Positions 36,236-49,346 of a stretch of DNA of 64,000 nt are shown piece by piece (position 1 is the stretch's first letter; each line of letters starts with the position of its first letter). The stretch comes from Gracilinanus agilis. Taxonomy: Eukaryota. The position numbers were made by a program, and so were the translations under genes. The DNA is taken from NCBI RefSeq assembly GCF_016433145.1, contig NC_058131.1, positions 244,211,865 to 244,275,864 on the forward strand, written 5' to 3'. The notes under the pieces were generated by a model. It was not told where the DNA came from. It was given only the letters and a program-made list of their open reading frames with translations, and ran no database searches.

Positions 36236-39200
36236 GGAGGTTTTTGTTTATTTTTGATGTTAAGTTTTGTAAAAACTTAAATTCTCAAGATGTAGTATTT
36301 CTTAATTTTAAACTAATTTATTAATCAACCAGTCAAGACATCTTAATCTGGTCAGTTGTCTTTCTCCATCATTCAGTCCTCTGGCACATGTCTATATAAT
36401 ATCCCTTTTGAGCTCACCACTTAGAACCTTCCCTGACCATCTCAAGACATCTCTGAATGGTAAACAGCCATTGAGATGAATTTAAAGACCTCAATTTCTC
36501 CCTCATTACTTCATTCCAGGATGGCTGGGTCTTTCTTAAGACCATCAGCACATTCTGCTGTACTAATGTACTTTGAGTTCAACGTGGCTGCTTAACCTAC
36601 TCTTAATCTTTCAGCTCTGTCAAGGTACACCTCGGCAGGGCAGCTTTGCCCTTAATCCTTTTATCCTTAACAAAGACAAAAGATTCCAAACCATTTTTAA
36701 AGCCTGAGGGAGAAGTTGAGCACAGCCTCAGCTTAAAATTAGATCTGTCCAGCTTTTTGGGAGGGGGAAGGAGGTTAATTATTTCACAAAAACATTACAA
36801 TTCAATGTAAATTTTCTACAACTTCAAGCCAGATTTTACATTTTTACAAAATATAAGTGCCTCTAGTAGTAATCAAAATATAGATAATTAAGCCTACAAT
36901 AAGGAAGAACTGAGTTCAAATCTGGTATCAGACATTTCCTAGATGTGACCATGGGCAAGTCACCTAAAACTTCCATTTACCCCATTTTCCCCAACAATAA
37001 AATGGAGATACTACTAGCACTAACCTCTTCCAGGGTTGTGAGAATCAAATGAAATATTTGCAAAGTGCTTAGCATAGTGCCTGGTAAATTGTAGGTGGCA
37101 TGGAAATGTTAGGTATTATTAATTTAGAAATGACAGCTAGAAACATGAACACAAAGCATGCATAGCAAAACAACTTGGGTGGGGAGGTGGTAAATCATCA
37201 TCAATTACCAGCCATATTAAAAGAAGATTTGGAGGAAACAAGTACAGATGCTATATATAGCTACCTATCTTTCAGGACAACAACACTGGGACAATACTGA
37301 ATGAAAAGTCATCTTCTATTGGCCTGAAATGCCTATTTGGTAAAAAACTTTTTTTAGTTTATAAGACATGACTGTGTTCAATTGTGTATCATGGTCAATT
37401 TACTTTTCTTGGTTTTTATTTTGTCTCTTAGCATCTGTTATGATAAATGTGAATTTGTGATTAAACAATTTTTGTTTGTAGAATATCATGTTAAATGATT
37501 CTCCTAAAAATTATTTTTTAGAAAAAGAAAAATTATTAGTGCCTGAAGGTGGAGAAGAGAATTGGAGACTTTCATTAATATAATAAAACAAGATTATGAG
37601 CCTCACCTATAGAGAGTAGGAGCTGTGGAAGTCAAATCTGCCTGAAGCTTATAGAATTTTTTTCAATTCAACAAAGATTTTTAAAATAATTATGGCTTAA
37701 GTTTCAGAGTTTATTAGAATGGAAATGAGTTTGGTTTGGGACATTTTTATTTTGAAGTAATGGCAAGTCATCTAAGTGATACCTGGTTGGCAAAGTAGAT
37801 ACACAAAGGTAGGGCTGGAGTCAGGCAGACCCAAGTTCAAATTTGACCTCAGACATTTACTAGCTGTGTGAACTTGGTAAAAATTTGTGTTCTTGAGTTA
37901 CCTCAACTATAAAACAGGGACAACAGAATCTACCTTCCCAGAATTGTTGTCAAGATCAAATATGATAATATTTATAAAGTACTTAGCACAGTGCCTGGCA
38001 CAGAGCAGACATTATGTAAATACTAGCTATTATCATCATCATCACATCCTATCAGTAGTTGAAGAAGAAGTAATGAAGAGGTGTTTGAGGAAAAGCCAAA
38101 AGGTTATAGGTATCCATATCAAAATCTTAATAGAAACCATTATTTGAAGTGAGTGTACCACTGATTCCATAAACGGTCTTGCCCTATTGCTAAATTGTTT
38201 GACATGAAAGTTCTTGTTGGTTGATCTTACATTTCCTCAATAGGTCACACAGAGATGGTTGGGTATACAACCAGCATTCAATGTATACTTGTTGAATAAA
38301 AAACTTACAATGTCATCAGTACTCCCCAGGAAAAATGAGTTGCTTGTTTAATATGAGATATACCTAAAAGAGTGGGGATGGTAAGAGCTACATATTGAAA
38401 ATTAGATCAATCCTATTTTGTACTTGAGTTCTGTATGTCAGGATAGGGGCAGAGGGCGAAAAGGATAAGTATTTGAACTATATTTGAACCAAAATGATAA
38501 CTATAAACATTTGGCCCTCTCTTTGTCCTTGCAGTACAACTAGCAGTATGATAACCTTAACAAGTTTGATCTAGTCTTCAAATCTTCCTCTGTGAAGCTT
38601 CCCTTTTTGTTTCTCCAACATTTCTGCTCCCACTAATCATTTTCAAGGTTAATGCACTTAAAAAACTGTGCTGACGTACTAACAGCAATGGGACATTCTG
38701 GGCTTATGAAGAGATTCAAGATTTATTACAAAAGACAGCAATATCAGCTTAAGAAATCAAAGCACAGTCACTTCTGGCAAGCTGGGCCTGAGAATCCTTT
38801 GATGTTGAAAGAAATTTTCTCCCCGCCAAAAAAATTCTATCCAAACCATGATAAAAGCTGGGAAGAATCTGTAAATGCTGAAAATCTAAAACTAAATATG
38901 GTGGTTTTACTGTTATTTGGCCCTCAAGCATCGTGGAGGAGAGAAGAAAAGAACAAGTCTCAAAGATCTATGACTACAAAAAAATCAGTGCAATTTTTTT
39001 CAATTTGCCATACATATTTGAAGGACACATAGAGTAGGCAAAGTCTTTTAAGAGACTGATTTCTCCTCTAATTCTGTAAGGTCTTTAAGGGCAAAAAAAA
39101 TTCAGTCAATATCTCTATGTAGTTTTCATATGAACTACTTCCCCAATGCCTGCAAACAAGTATATGTCTCCTTCCTTCTCAAAAAACAAACAAAAAAAGA

Positions 39201-39467
39201 AGAAAAAGAAAAAAAGAAAACCTCTCAAAGGATCCGTTCATTCTTGCTAGATTTCATCCTATAATTCTCTTTTCTTTCATGACTCAAATCTTTGGGAAGG
39301 CCTCTAGAATTGGTGCCTCAATGTCCTTTGCTCTCATTCTCTACTGAATTCTGCAGTCTGGCTTCTTCCCTCATCATGCATTCCCAAAGCTATTAAAGAT
39401 TTCTTAATTGCCAAATCTAATGAATTTTTTTTAATCCTTCATTTTTCTACAGCTTTTGACATTGCTA

Positions 39468-40575
39468 ATTATCTTTGATAGATCACCTTGTTAACTTCAA
39501 ACCTTGTTCTTCACCACCTTAAACCCCAATCCTTCTATCCTTCAGTTCTTTCCAGGGCATCATTCCTGCAGTGACTAGATTCCCTTCTCCACCTTGACTT
39601 AATTCAACTCTACATTGTTCTTTTCCCATAAGTCCCTTTCACCTTTAGCTGATCAAAGTCTTCTTTTGTTAAAATCATTTTCTGGGACAAGATGGATGCC
39701 ATCTTGAAGGACAGGACCTGCAGTTGAGAATTTTGGAATATTCCCAGGTGCCATGAGCCAAGGGCAAAAATCAGTTGGCCCCATCCTATAAATACCCCCA
39801 AGGAACAACAGTTGGGAGCTCAGATTTGAGCAGGCTCATTTTGGAGCAAGGACTTGGGACAGAGGGAGGTGAAGCATGGAAGGGGTAGGCCTGAAACCTG
39901 TAACCTGTACCTGACTGAGAGAGAGCTAGTGACCAATTAACACTATTGATATTAGAGCTGAGAGAGTATACTGATTCATCTATCAACATCAACATCAACA
40001 GCCTTCCCTAATCTCTGGCTTGGCTGTGGCCAAGTCAGGTCAGAGTTAATGAGAGGGTGAAGACCTCCAGTTTCTACAAGCCTAGCAATCTCCAGATCTG
40101 ATCAACAATTAGATAGATAGCCAATCAATTAGCTATAGGGTTCCCAGATTCTCAATCCTGTTACCTTGTTTTCCTTACCCCATTAATAGATTCAGCATGG
40201 TGTTTTACCAACAAGTACCCTTCCTAAGTGGTTATTATACCAAAGCCCTTGGGAAAGGAAGATAAACAAGCAGTCAGATAACAATGTTTCCAAAAGCCAA
40301 TCATTAGCCTTATCAACAACTAATCCAACTTCAGGTTGGGGCCTAGAGAAGTTAACCATCCATCCAACCTCTCAAAGGTCCCTAACCTGGGCAAACTAGA
40401 AGGGAACAATTGACTGGCTTAGTCAAGCCTGTCAGAGAGGAGAGACATACACTACATCCATAGCAATTGTGAGAGGAGTGTGTGTTTCCTCCCTCACCAA
40501 CTACATACAGTCAGCTCAGGCCTGAGTATATAATCCCTCCTCCATTCATACTATCTCTGAGATCCACATATACAA
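39468..40575 (+). mobile_element. Long ERV LTR, related to 61697-62845
   Basis: TATAAATA at ~39787; shares ttggctgtggcca...gtgaaga motif with the 61.7-kb LTR; interrupts an L2. Ends approximate. Confidence 0.6.
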
Positions 40576-40699
40576 TCAATTATCAAGAAGATCCAGGAGA
40601 TAGAGATAGAGGATAAAGATATATATTCTATCCAACAACTCATTTATTTTTAACACTGTCAAATCCCAGTCTTGGATTACTTCCACCGTTCTCTGCTTC

Positions 40700-43060
40700 A
40701 ACTCCCACTCACACATTGCTGAAAAAAAAAAGCTGGAGAAAATTACAATAGTTGTGTTACTTAATTTCATCTGGGCCCTCACTATGTGGCAAAGCAATCC
40801 TCTTACAGATATCTACCTAATCAAATCACTATCCCATTCACCACAGTAAAATTTCCAAAGTTATTTATTCCTTCTCAAATCTCCCATGGTTCCCTTGATA
40901 ATCTTTCCTCAAAATGTCACTGAAGAGATTGAGGCCATTCAACAAGAATTCCCTCTTTTCCTCTCTTCATCAACTCACAAGATGCCATTTGCAACTATTT
41001 CCTCCTTTACCTGTTTGAAATGGAGATGTGGCCTTTCTTCTCGCCATGGCAAACCCATATTTACACACAAATGATTTCATTTCTGCTTTCTCAAGCAGAT
41101 TGTTTCCTCTGTCATCCCCACTTGTATATTGGCTGATTCTCTACTATCTATGAACATGCTGATATCCCCTCCATCCTCAAAAAACTCTCACAAAAAAATC
41201 CGGCTAGTTATTATCTTAATATTTTCCCCTTCTTTTGTGGCTAAACACTTTGAAAAGGGCATCTATAATCAATGTCTCCACTTCTTTCCTCCATCCCTCT
41301 CCCACTTGCCCCCCCCCAATTCTTTATACTCTGGCTTATAACCTCATTTTAAAATGAAACTGCTCTCTCCCCAAGTTATGAAATCTTAATGAACAAATCT
41401 AATCCTCATCCTTTGTGACCTCAATGCAGTCTCTGACATTGTCAACCAGCCTTCTTGAAAGTCTCTTCTCTAGGCTTTCATGACATTCCTTTCTCCTTTT
41501 TTCCATCTACCTGTCTGATAGTTCATTCCATGTCTCCTTTGCTAGATCTCCATGTAGGTTATTAAGAGTGGGGTCCCTCAAAGCTCTATCCTGAGCACTA
41601 TTTCATTTGATCATCTTCGTAGCTCCCAAAGTTTCTATTATCTATGTAGATGACTCTCAAAATGTACTTGCCGGTCCCCGCCTCTCTGCTGACTTCCAGT
41701 CTCACATCTCCCACTGCTTATAGGACATCTTGAACTGGATGTCCCATAGACATGTCGAATAGAAATTGTGCAAAACTGGACTTCTCTTTCCTCTATGTCT
41801 TCCCCTCTAACCAGCTTTCCAAATATGTCAAGGATACCACCATTCTCCCAGTCACTCAGGTTCCCAAACTAGGTATTATCCTTGACTCTTCAACTCTCCA
41901 ATCAATTATCAAGTCCTGTCATTTCAACCTTGGTAATATATACCATCTTCTCTCTGCTGACACTGGCACCATCTTGGTTCAGGTTTATGATCACTTCACA
42001 TCTGGACCATACTAACAGCCTGCTGGTTGGTTTCCCTGCCTCAAGTCTGTCTCTATTCCAGTCCATCCTCTGCTCAGTTGTCAAATTCATTGTCCTAAAC
42101 CACAGATCTAACCATAGCACCATTCCTCCCATGCTTCCATTCAGTAAATGTCAGGAAACATTCGAGGTCCCAAAGGGGTGAGGAGAATGAGACATAGGAA
42201 GAAGGATGACACAAATCAGGAGGGTCAGTGAAGCTGGTCAGAGGCAAGGTTTATTGATCACAGCTAGTATTTTTATAGAGAAAGTGATTTAGGCTAAGGG
42301 ATTAGGTAAGCTTTTTACATGGACAATGGTTAGTAATGATTTACAATCTTAGTACAATGACTTAGTTTACCTCTATAGGATAATAAATCACAGGTAAATA
42401 TGTAACCATCTAACAAGAGTTTCTCATAGAATTCTTGCACCAGTGATTTCTTGAAAGGACATATAGTATTTGGGAAGGAATTGGATTAAGTTCTCATGGG
42501 GTGGGGAGATGAGGAGAACCTATCTGTGACTATTTCTAGGTTATGGCTATGATTATTTTGCTGAGGCCTATTCTCACTACTAGGGGCTACAAGTAAACTT
42601 CAGTAACTTCCTATTACCTTCAGGATCAAATAGAAAATTCTCTATTCAGTTTTTAAAAGCCCTTCAAAATCTGGCCCCTTATTCCCTTTCCAGGTTTTTC
42701 AGGCTATATTTTCTTCCTTCCCTATGATGTGTGATGTTACTAACTTCCTTGCTGTTCTTCACACATAACACTACTTTATGACTGGGCAATTTCACCAAAA
42801 TCTAGCTTCTCTCCCTCTTATCTCTGTCTCCTGATTTCCCTAAAATCTCACCTTCTCCAAGAATCCTTTGTCTAGTTCTCCTTAACCTTAGTTTTTTCTC
42901 TCTGTTGATTACGTATAATTTATCCTATACACGTTTTGTTTGTACACAGTTGCATGTGTCTTGTCTCCCACATTCCTTAAAATGTATTCCTAGGACTTAG
43001 CCCAATACCTTATACACAGTAAGCATAGTAGGCACTTAATAAATGCTTGTTGACTTTGAT
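40700..43060 (+). mobile_element. LINE-2 remnant, interrupted by an ERV2-like LTR
   Basis: cttgaactggatgtcccatagaca...gcacttaataaatgcttgttgact L2 3' end. Confidence 0.85.
42149..42591 (-). mobile_element. Solo LTR (443 bp) with 6-bp TSD AGTAAA, ERV2/betaretrovirus-like
   Basis: TG...CA termini; TSD at 42143-42148 and 42592-42597; minus-strand TATAAAAA (42277-42270) and AATAAA (42255-42250). Confidence 0.88.
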
Positions 43061-43384
43061 TCTTTTCTCTATGTGTGTATAATTGTATGTGTATAATTCC
43101 CCTTTCTTGCCTTCTACACACTCTCTCTCTTTTTGTATTTCTCTTATATTTACACACGTGCAAGTATATGTTCAAAGCAAGGACAGGTTCATTTTTGTCT
43201 TTGTATTCATTACCCTGCTCCCACTTCTTTCTAGTCTAGACAGAGTGCTAATACTTAAAACCTAATATTAAATGTATTAATATTAAAATTTAAACAATAA
43301 CTGCTGAGTGACTTAAAAGAACTGCACTTCTTTCATAAAACACAATTCCTCTCTTACCTTGTAAAATCAATTTCCTATATTTCT

Positions 43385-43790
43385 TTTTTTTTTTAAACCC
43401 TTACTCTCTGTCTTAGAATCAATACTGTGTATTGGTTCCAAAGGCAGAAGAGCACTAAGGGCTAGCCCAGTGATGGGCAAACTACCACCCGCAGGCCAGA
43501 TTGGGGGGGTGGGAGGGCCTGAAATGTTCTATCTGGCTGAGAGACATTATTCCTAATCTGATGAATACAATGAGTAGGATACAATACAATGAAACTTCGA
43601 AAGAGTCGTCTAAGAAACATATTGACAGATGAGCATTTCCTTTCCTTTGGCCTCCTCTTTTAAAAGTTTGCCCATCACTGGGCTAGGCAATGGGGGTTAA
43701 GTGACTTGCTCAGGGTCACACAGGAAGTATCTGAGGCCATATTTGAACCTGGGACCCTGCCTCTCAATCCACTGAGCCACTCAGCTGCTC
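43385..43790 (-). mobile_element. SINE1_Mdo-like SINE interrupted by a hAT MITE
   Basis: agggctag[MITE]gcaatgggggttaagtgacttg. Confidence 0.88.
43468..43680. mobile_element. hAT MITE family A, copy 3 (213 bp)
   Basis: TIRs cagtgatgggcaaac / gtttgcccatcactg; TSD ggctagcc/ggctaggc. Confidence 0.92.
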
Positions 43791-45676
43791 CCAAATTTCC
43801 TATATTTCTAAATCTAGGTTGATTAGGTTTCATACAATGTTCTTTAGTACTACATCCAATATATTAATATTTCATTATCAAAGTGACTTTTGTCTTAGCC
43901 TGAACCAATGTAATTACTGGTAACTTTTTAGACTCCTAGGCTCTTTATCAATCCCAACTTCAAATGATTTTTCTCCTTCCCCCTATATAATCTCAGTCTC
44001 CTTTACTGGATCATCATCTTTCTTTTGCCTACTATTACTACTACAAGTCTGAAGACTTGGCCTTAAGCTCTTTTTTCAAAGTACCCAGTTGTGCTCTCAC
44101 CTTCTCCCATGGATTTAACTATCATATACATATAAAAAAGACATAACCTCTCCTAAATGCTAATCTTACATTACCAACAACCAGCTGAACACCTCCACTT
44201 CAGATATCCCCAAGATATTAAAGTTCAACATGTCCAAAACAGAAATCAATATATTTATTTTTTTAATCATTGAAAAACTGTGTTTAACTTAAAATAAGCA
44301 TTTCCACATGCAGAGTAGAACAAACAACAGATTGTACTGTGACTCTCTGTTATGTCCATGTTATCTTTTTAAATACAGAACCAATTTATTAACTTCCATG
44401 GCATCTTGCTCATCTGGTTCCATCTGAATTTTCTGTTTGCTTCTATGCATTTTTAAAAAATGCTTCAATTGGGCAGACCCAAGATTATTGGGAGTGGCAG
44501 GAAGCAGAACTGAGTTCCCCTCCCCACACTCCTCCAAACAATCTAGAAAATGCATTTGATCAAATCTTGATGAGTAAATACTAAAAAAAAAATAAAAATA
44601 AAAAAATCACAGTGAGTCATTTGTCCATACTAAATGAGCATAGGAAAATAAGAAGTCTATGGAAACTGCAGGTGGATCATGCCAGGAGCACACCACCCTC
44701 AGAGGATGCCAATGACCAGGGAGAGACTGCACTAGGACAAAATAACAATGTCTCAAACTGATACCAGGGCATCCCCAAACACATACTTGGGCACCAGAAT
44801 GGGAATAGGTGCAAACTAATAGCTTTTTTGACCACTTACCAGGTTATTATCCAGGTCACATATCCAGAGTAAACTAAGAAGAGGACATGAGGGTATGGGG
44901 TAAGGCTAGGAGTGGTATAACAAGAAAGAAGTTGAGAAGCAAGCAGCAGCAGCAGTATGGCTCAGATCTTAGGAGAAAAGCAGGGTCAGTTCCAGTAATT
45001 AGTCCAGCTCACAGAGGAATAAGCAGGAAAGGCATTACAAGACCAAAGGAAGCCTACAATTCCATCGCTGAACCAGCAGAGCTCCCTAGCTTACTGATAG
45101 GGCCTAACCTCAGGCCCAATCTATTGCTGTCCATACAGAAAACCCCACCATAACTTTTAGAGCTCAAGAAGCAGGTAGCCAACAATCAAGACTGCTCTGG
45201 TTCAGACCACCCTTGGAAGCACTGAAGTTTGTGTTTTATTCCAAGGAAGCCACAATAGGAATGACCCAGACCTCCTCTCCAAAGTACCAAAGAACCCAGC
45301 CCTAGACACCAAGTCTAAAGTCAAGAAGTAGACTGAAAAGAATGAGAAAACACAACAAAATACTATCATAAACAGCTCTTATGGCAGAGACATTCAAGGA
45401 ACAAATTCACAAAGAGAGAATGACTCCAAAAACAATAAATAAAGCTGTAGAGAAAAAACACAGCATGGGTAGAAACTCAACTATCATTCCTAAAAGAGTT
45501 ATAAAGCAACAGTTTCAGAATTAAAAAGCTAAAATGCTTTTAATAACAAAATAAGAGTGCTTGGGGAAGAAATTAGAAAAGAAATGAAAACTTTGGAGAA
45601 TAGAACTGGAAAGGGAATTAATAGCTTAGCATAAGAGGTACAAAGTTTTTGCCCATGCAACAAATTCCCTGGATAT

Positions 45677-46018
45677 TGTAAAAGTGAAATTTGGGAAATG
45701 CCATCTAAAAGTGTATATATTTCTATGGACATGGGAAATGTATCAAAACTACATTGCCCGTAATCCAACATGGTCCAACTGGTTTCCGTTTCCGGGTTTT
45801 TGGGCTTGGGAAGGCCAACGTCTTAACCCAGGGAAGAGCTTAAATCTCCTGGGTTAGGAGGGAGTGGTCTCTTGGCCAGCAGACTCGAGACAGTAATGGA
45901 GGCGGCAGTTTTGAATGCTTACAAGCGCGTGGTCTAATGATTTTATCTATCAGCATGGCTTTAATTAAAATATTAATATATATATTTATACCAGCCTTTA
46001 TCATTTTTCATATTTATA
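45677..46018 (+). mobile_element. Solo LTR (342 bp), ERV1-like, 4-bp TSD ATAT, retains CpGs
   Basis: Starts TGTAAAAG and ends TTTATA (expected CA mutated); L1 frame resumes on both sides; 8 CpGs; aattaaa signal. Confidence 0.75.
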
Positions 46019-46176
46019 ATATTAGAACAAATAGAAACCAATGACACCATGAGACAAAAAAAAAATCAAAACAAAGTCATAGACTGAAAAAAAATTAGAA
46101 AATGAAAATTATCTCATAGCAAAAAAAATTTGATCCTGAAAAAAGATTAAGAAAAATATTTTTAGAACCATTAGAG

Positions 46177-46385
46177 GGAGTGGCTGGGTGGTTCAGTGGA
46201 TTGAGTCAGGCCTAGAGACAGGAGGTTCTAGGTTCAAATAGAGCCTCAAACACTTCCTAGCTGTGTGACCTTGGGCAAGTCACTTAACCCCCCATTGCCT
46301 AGCCCTTACCACTCTTCTGCCTTAGAGCCAATACACAATATTGATTCTAAGATGGAAGGTAAGGGTTTAAAAAACAAAAACAAAA
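46177..46385 (+). mobile_element. SINE1_Mdo-like SINE
   Basis: A/B boxes, CORE and A-rich tail. Confidence 0.88.
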
Positions 46386-47424
46386 ACACTAGACTATCTA
46401 AATCACCTAAACATCATATTTCAAGAAATCATAAAAGAAAACTGCCCCAAATGCCTTAAAAACTTTTAGGAACACTCAGTCAAAATATAGAGGTTCTAAG
46501 TCAGAAAAAAAAAATCACTACAAACAACCAGAAACAAAGAATTCAAGTACCCAGGAGTGTGGGTTATGACCGTGGATGATTTAGCAACCATGACTATAAA
46601 AGAGTAGTGATCTTAGAATATAATATTCCAGAAGGCAAAAGATATGTGCTTACATCCAGGAATAACTAACACTCAAAGAAAGAACTATGGGAGTAGAAAT
46701 ACAAAAGAAAAACATATGACATCACCTATCACATGTATGGGTATGTGATTTGGGTGTTGGCTTTAAAAGATCACTCCATAGCAAAAATGAATAATACAGA
46801 ATAACATTTATACAACTCAGTGGAACTGCTTGTTGGGAAGGGGGTGGGGGGTAGGAGGAAGGAAAGAAAATGAATCATGTAAACTTAGAAAAATATTTTA
46901 AAATTAAAAAATAACATTCAGTAAAACTAAGTATAATGTTACAATGAAATAAAGAACTTCCATATATTCTGAAATAAAAAGATCAAAATTGTGGAGAAAC
47001 TGATATTCAAACACAGGAGTAAAGAGGGAAAAAACGGTAAAAATAAATGAGCAATAACAAAGGACTAAAGAAGGTTAAACTATTCGAATATGGGATTACA
47101 TATGTGGCCCCTTTGAACCCTACATCATCAGGGGTCACAGAAGGAATCTAATTAGATATGACCTGATTGAGAAAAAATAAACTATAATGACAAAAATTCT
47201 TTAACAATTATTTTTTAAATTATTGCTAGGTCCTCTCTCCACACAAGTCCCTTCCATATTTAAAAAGAAAACACATGCAACAAATATGATCAATCAAGCA
47301 AACAAATTCACGTTGATCATATCCCAAAAATGTCTACTCATTATGTACCTTGAGATAATCATTTTTCTCTAAGAGGTTGTACTTCCTCACAAATTCTTTC
47401 TAATGCAAATACCATCCTTCAGAC

Positions 47425-47661
47425 CCTAGTCTTTGCCCAGCACCCCACCTCCTCTTTGTGATCCCATAAGGGGTTTTCTTGGCAAATATACTGGGGTGGT
47501 TAGCCATTTCCTTCTCCAGCTTGTTTTGCAGATAAGGAACTGAGGCAAACAGAGTTAACTTAAATGACTTGACTAGCATAAACACATCTAGCAAGTGTCT
47601 GAAGCTAGATGTGAAGTCTTCCTGACCAGGCCTACGACTGTATCCACTGTGCAGCCTGGCT
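47425..47661 (-). mobile_element. MAR1-like SINE
   Basis: ggttttcttggcaaatatactggggtgg tail plus CORE head. Confidence 0.8.
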
Positions 47662-49140
47662 TTTGTTTCATATTTCTTTTTAAATCCCCAGAACCTCAGG
47701 GACACGCTCATAAAAGATGATAAATAAGTATTTACTCAATTGAAAAGAATGGGATCTTTTTTGGAAAGAGCATTCACAGAATCAAACTAATGCCAGAACT
47801 GGAAGGAATTTTAAAAACCCACTAGTCCAACCTCCTAATTTTTACAGAGGAAAAAAACTGAGGTGAAGAGAATGGAATAGACTTGCCAAACATCGTGGCA
47901 TTAATCTAGTGTCAATGCTAGAAAAAAAGGATGACTGAATCTGAAGGAACTTACCAGAAAATGAAGAAACTATTTCTTTAAGCAAGACAAACAGCAACAA
48001 AGATTGAGTTTTCCCTCTTTCTGCCTAGGTAACAAGTACCTTAGTTGCTAATAGTCTGTTCCCATTGCACAATACCTGGCACATAGAAATTCCAAGAAGT
48101 TGAATATAATTATTACAGCACATACCCACATGTCAAAGAGTTTAGATTACAGAAACCAGATATAGGTAGGGAGAGTTGCCTGGAGCACTGAGAAGTTCAG
48201 TAACCTACACAGGGTCACCCTGACACTATGTGTCAAAGATTCCTGGCTTTGGAGCAAACCCATTATACCATATTACCTCTTAGAAGGACATAAATTATCA
48301 TCTGTCCTCTGTCAAAAATCTTTACTGGCAATTCTGAAACAATAAATATGTTAATAACATTTGCATGGTATTTACTAATGGGCCAGGCACTGTGCTTAAG
48401 TGCTTTACAATTATTATTCCATTTGATCCTCACAACAACTTTTCAAGGTTAAGTGCTCTTTCATTATCCCATTTTACAGATGAAATTTAGGCAAAGATAA
48501 GTTAAGTGACTTTGCCCAGGGTAACACAGGGATTTGAACTCAGGTCTAAATATTACCCTTTGCTGCCTTTTCTCCACTTGGTAATAAAATCAAATGTTTG
48601 CTGGCTTAAGGTGGTTTAGGGGATCTTTTGGTCTCACCATAGTGATAGTTTATGACAGTTAAACTCTCTCAAAAAATGATGATAATGGTCTACAACTGTA
48701 CTCAAATTCATTTACCACTTTGGGAGGATCATCTGCTTGTTTAAATATTTCAGGCTCAAACTGCCTCAATTACATAGCATAGTTTCTCATTTTTATCCCT
48801 TCTAATGTGGAACTGATTTTGATGTTTGCCCTATCTCCTTTGAAGTGATTTGGTCACTACATTGATCAAGGTTCTGGTGTCTTTCATTGTTATTTTCCTT
48901 TATATTCACAGTAGCAAGGTAAAATTTTCCCTTAGTTCTACTAACTTTGCATCAGTTCATATTAGATTTCCCTACTTATCTGAATTCCTAATATTTGGTT
49001 TAAAGTGGTCTGATTTCTATGGACAGTCGATTTGTAAATAATTCCCATGGAGATATCAGAAGTGTCTCCATTTTTTGTGATGTCATTCAATGCTCACCAG
49101 GTTCGGTGCCCCTTAACTATCTTCTTGAGAAGTATTCAAA

Positions 49141-49346
49141 GGGGCAGCTGGGTGGCTCAGTGGATTGAGAGCCAGCCCCAGAGACAGGAGGTCCTGGGTT
49201 CAAATCAGGCCTCAGACACTTCCTAGCTATGTGACCCTGGGCAAGTTACTTGACTCCCAACTGCTTAGCCCTTACTGCTCTTCTGCCTTAGAACCAATAT
49301 ACTGTATTGATTCTAAGACAGAATATATGAGTATTTAAAAAAAAAA
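49141..49346 (+). mobile_element. SINE1_Mdo-like SINE with TSD AAGTATTCAAA
   Basis: TSD on both flanks; poly(A) tail. Confidence 0.92.

Larger units (their letters stand above)
44471..47200 (+). mobile_element. Old L1 5' UTR and degenerate ORF1, carrying nested LTR, SINE and L1 3' fragment
   Basis: gggcagacccaagat-like 5' end; A-rich ORF1 remnants (caaattccctg...tagaacaaatagaaaccaatgac; aaaactgccc). Confidence 0.65.

Noticed and set aside
38652-39032. 126-aa ATG ORF on the plus strand
   Set aside because: No recognisable domain, no splice or poly(A)/TSD context to suggest a retrocopy; cannot be supported without a homology search.
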